A DNA stretch of 6,844 bases from Selaginella moellendorffii (lineage: Eukaryota > Plantae > Lycopodiophyta), in the NCBI RefSeq assembly GCF_000143415.4, contig NW_003314677.1, positions 1 to 6,844 on the forward strand. Direction: 5' to 3'. Positions 6,750-6,844 of the stretch are shown here, piece by piece; within the stretch, counting starts at the first letter, position 1, and the number at the start of each line of letters is the position of its first letter. The translations under genes were made by a program, and so were the position numbers. The notes under the pieces were generated by a model. It saw nothing but the letters and a program-made list of their open reading frames with translations. It had not been told where the DNA came from and ran no database searches.

Positions 6750-6844
6750 AACAACCTTCTTTATTTTATGGGTACAAATCCTTATGATCATTTATAGTTG
6801 GTAGTGCCTTCAATCTTTATTTCATGGTTCCTCCATGCCTACCA
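6750..6844 (+). pseudogene. Start of integrase N-terminal (zinc-binding) region
   Basis: NNLLYF......L*LVVPSIFISWFLHAY(H) matches the LLY...LVVP.....IL..xH pattern leading into the gypsy integrase HHCC domain. Confidence 0.6.

Larger units (their letters stand above)
3285..6844 (+). mobile_element. Decayed Ty3/gypsy LTR retrotransposon, continues beyond right edge
   Basis: LTR end ...CA at 3500 followed by a PBS, then gag, protease, RT, RNase H and integrase start in the gypsy order; many stops and frameshifts; abrupt shift to AT-rich sequence at about 3285. Left boundary is approximate. Confidence 0.92.

Overview
Eukaryotic land-plant genomic DNA. The 50-70 bp introns, GC-rich PLS-type PPR and dense gene packing suggest a lycophyte such as Selaginella (inference). 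Left to right: (1) a spliced minus-strand Ser/Thr protein kinase gene not captured by the ORF track (ATG 839, four coding exons, running off the left edge), whose N-lobe most resembles the GCN2/eIF2-alpha kinase domain but lacks GCN2's long N-terminal region and kinase insert; (2) head-to-head with it, about 420 bp away, an intronless minimal FCP1/SCP (NIF-domain, HAD) phosphatase gene (1259-1846); (3) a (GA)n microsatellite; (4) a PLS-class PPR pseudogene with two frameshifts, an internal deletion and a 3' truncation; (5) from about 3285 to the end, a heavily decayed Ty3/gypsy LTR retrotransposon (LTR end, tRNA-Ala-type PBS, gag, protease, RT, RNase H, start of integrase). The most interesting element is the compact divergent kinase-phosphatase pair.
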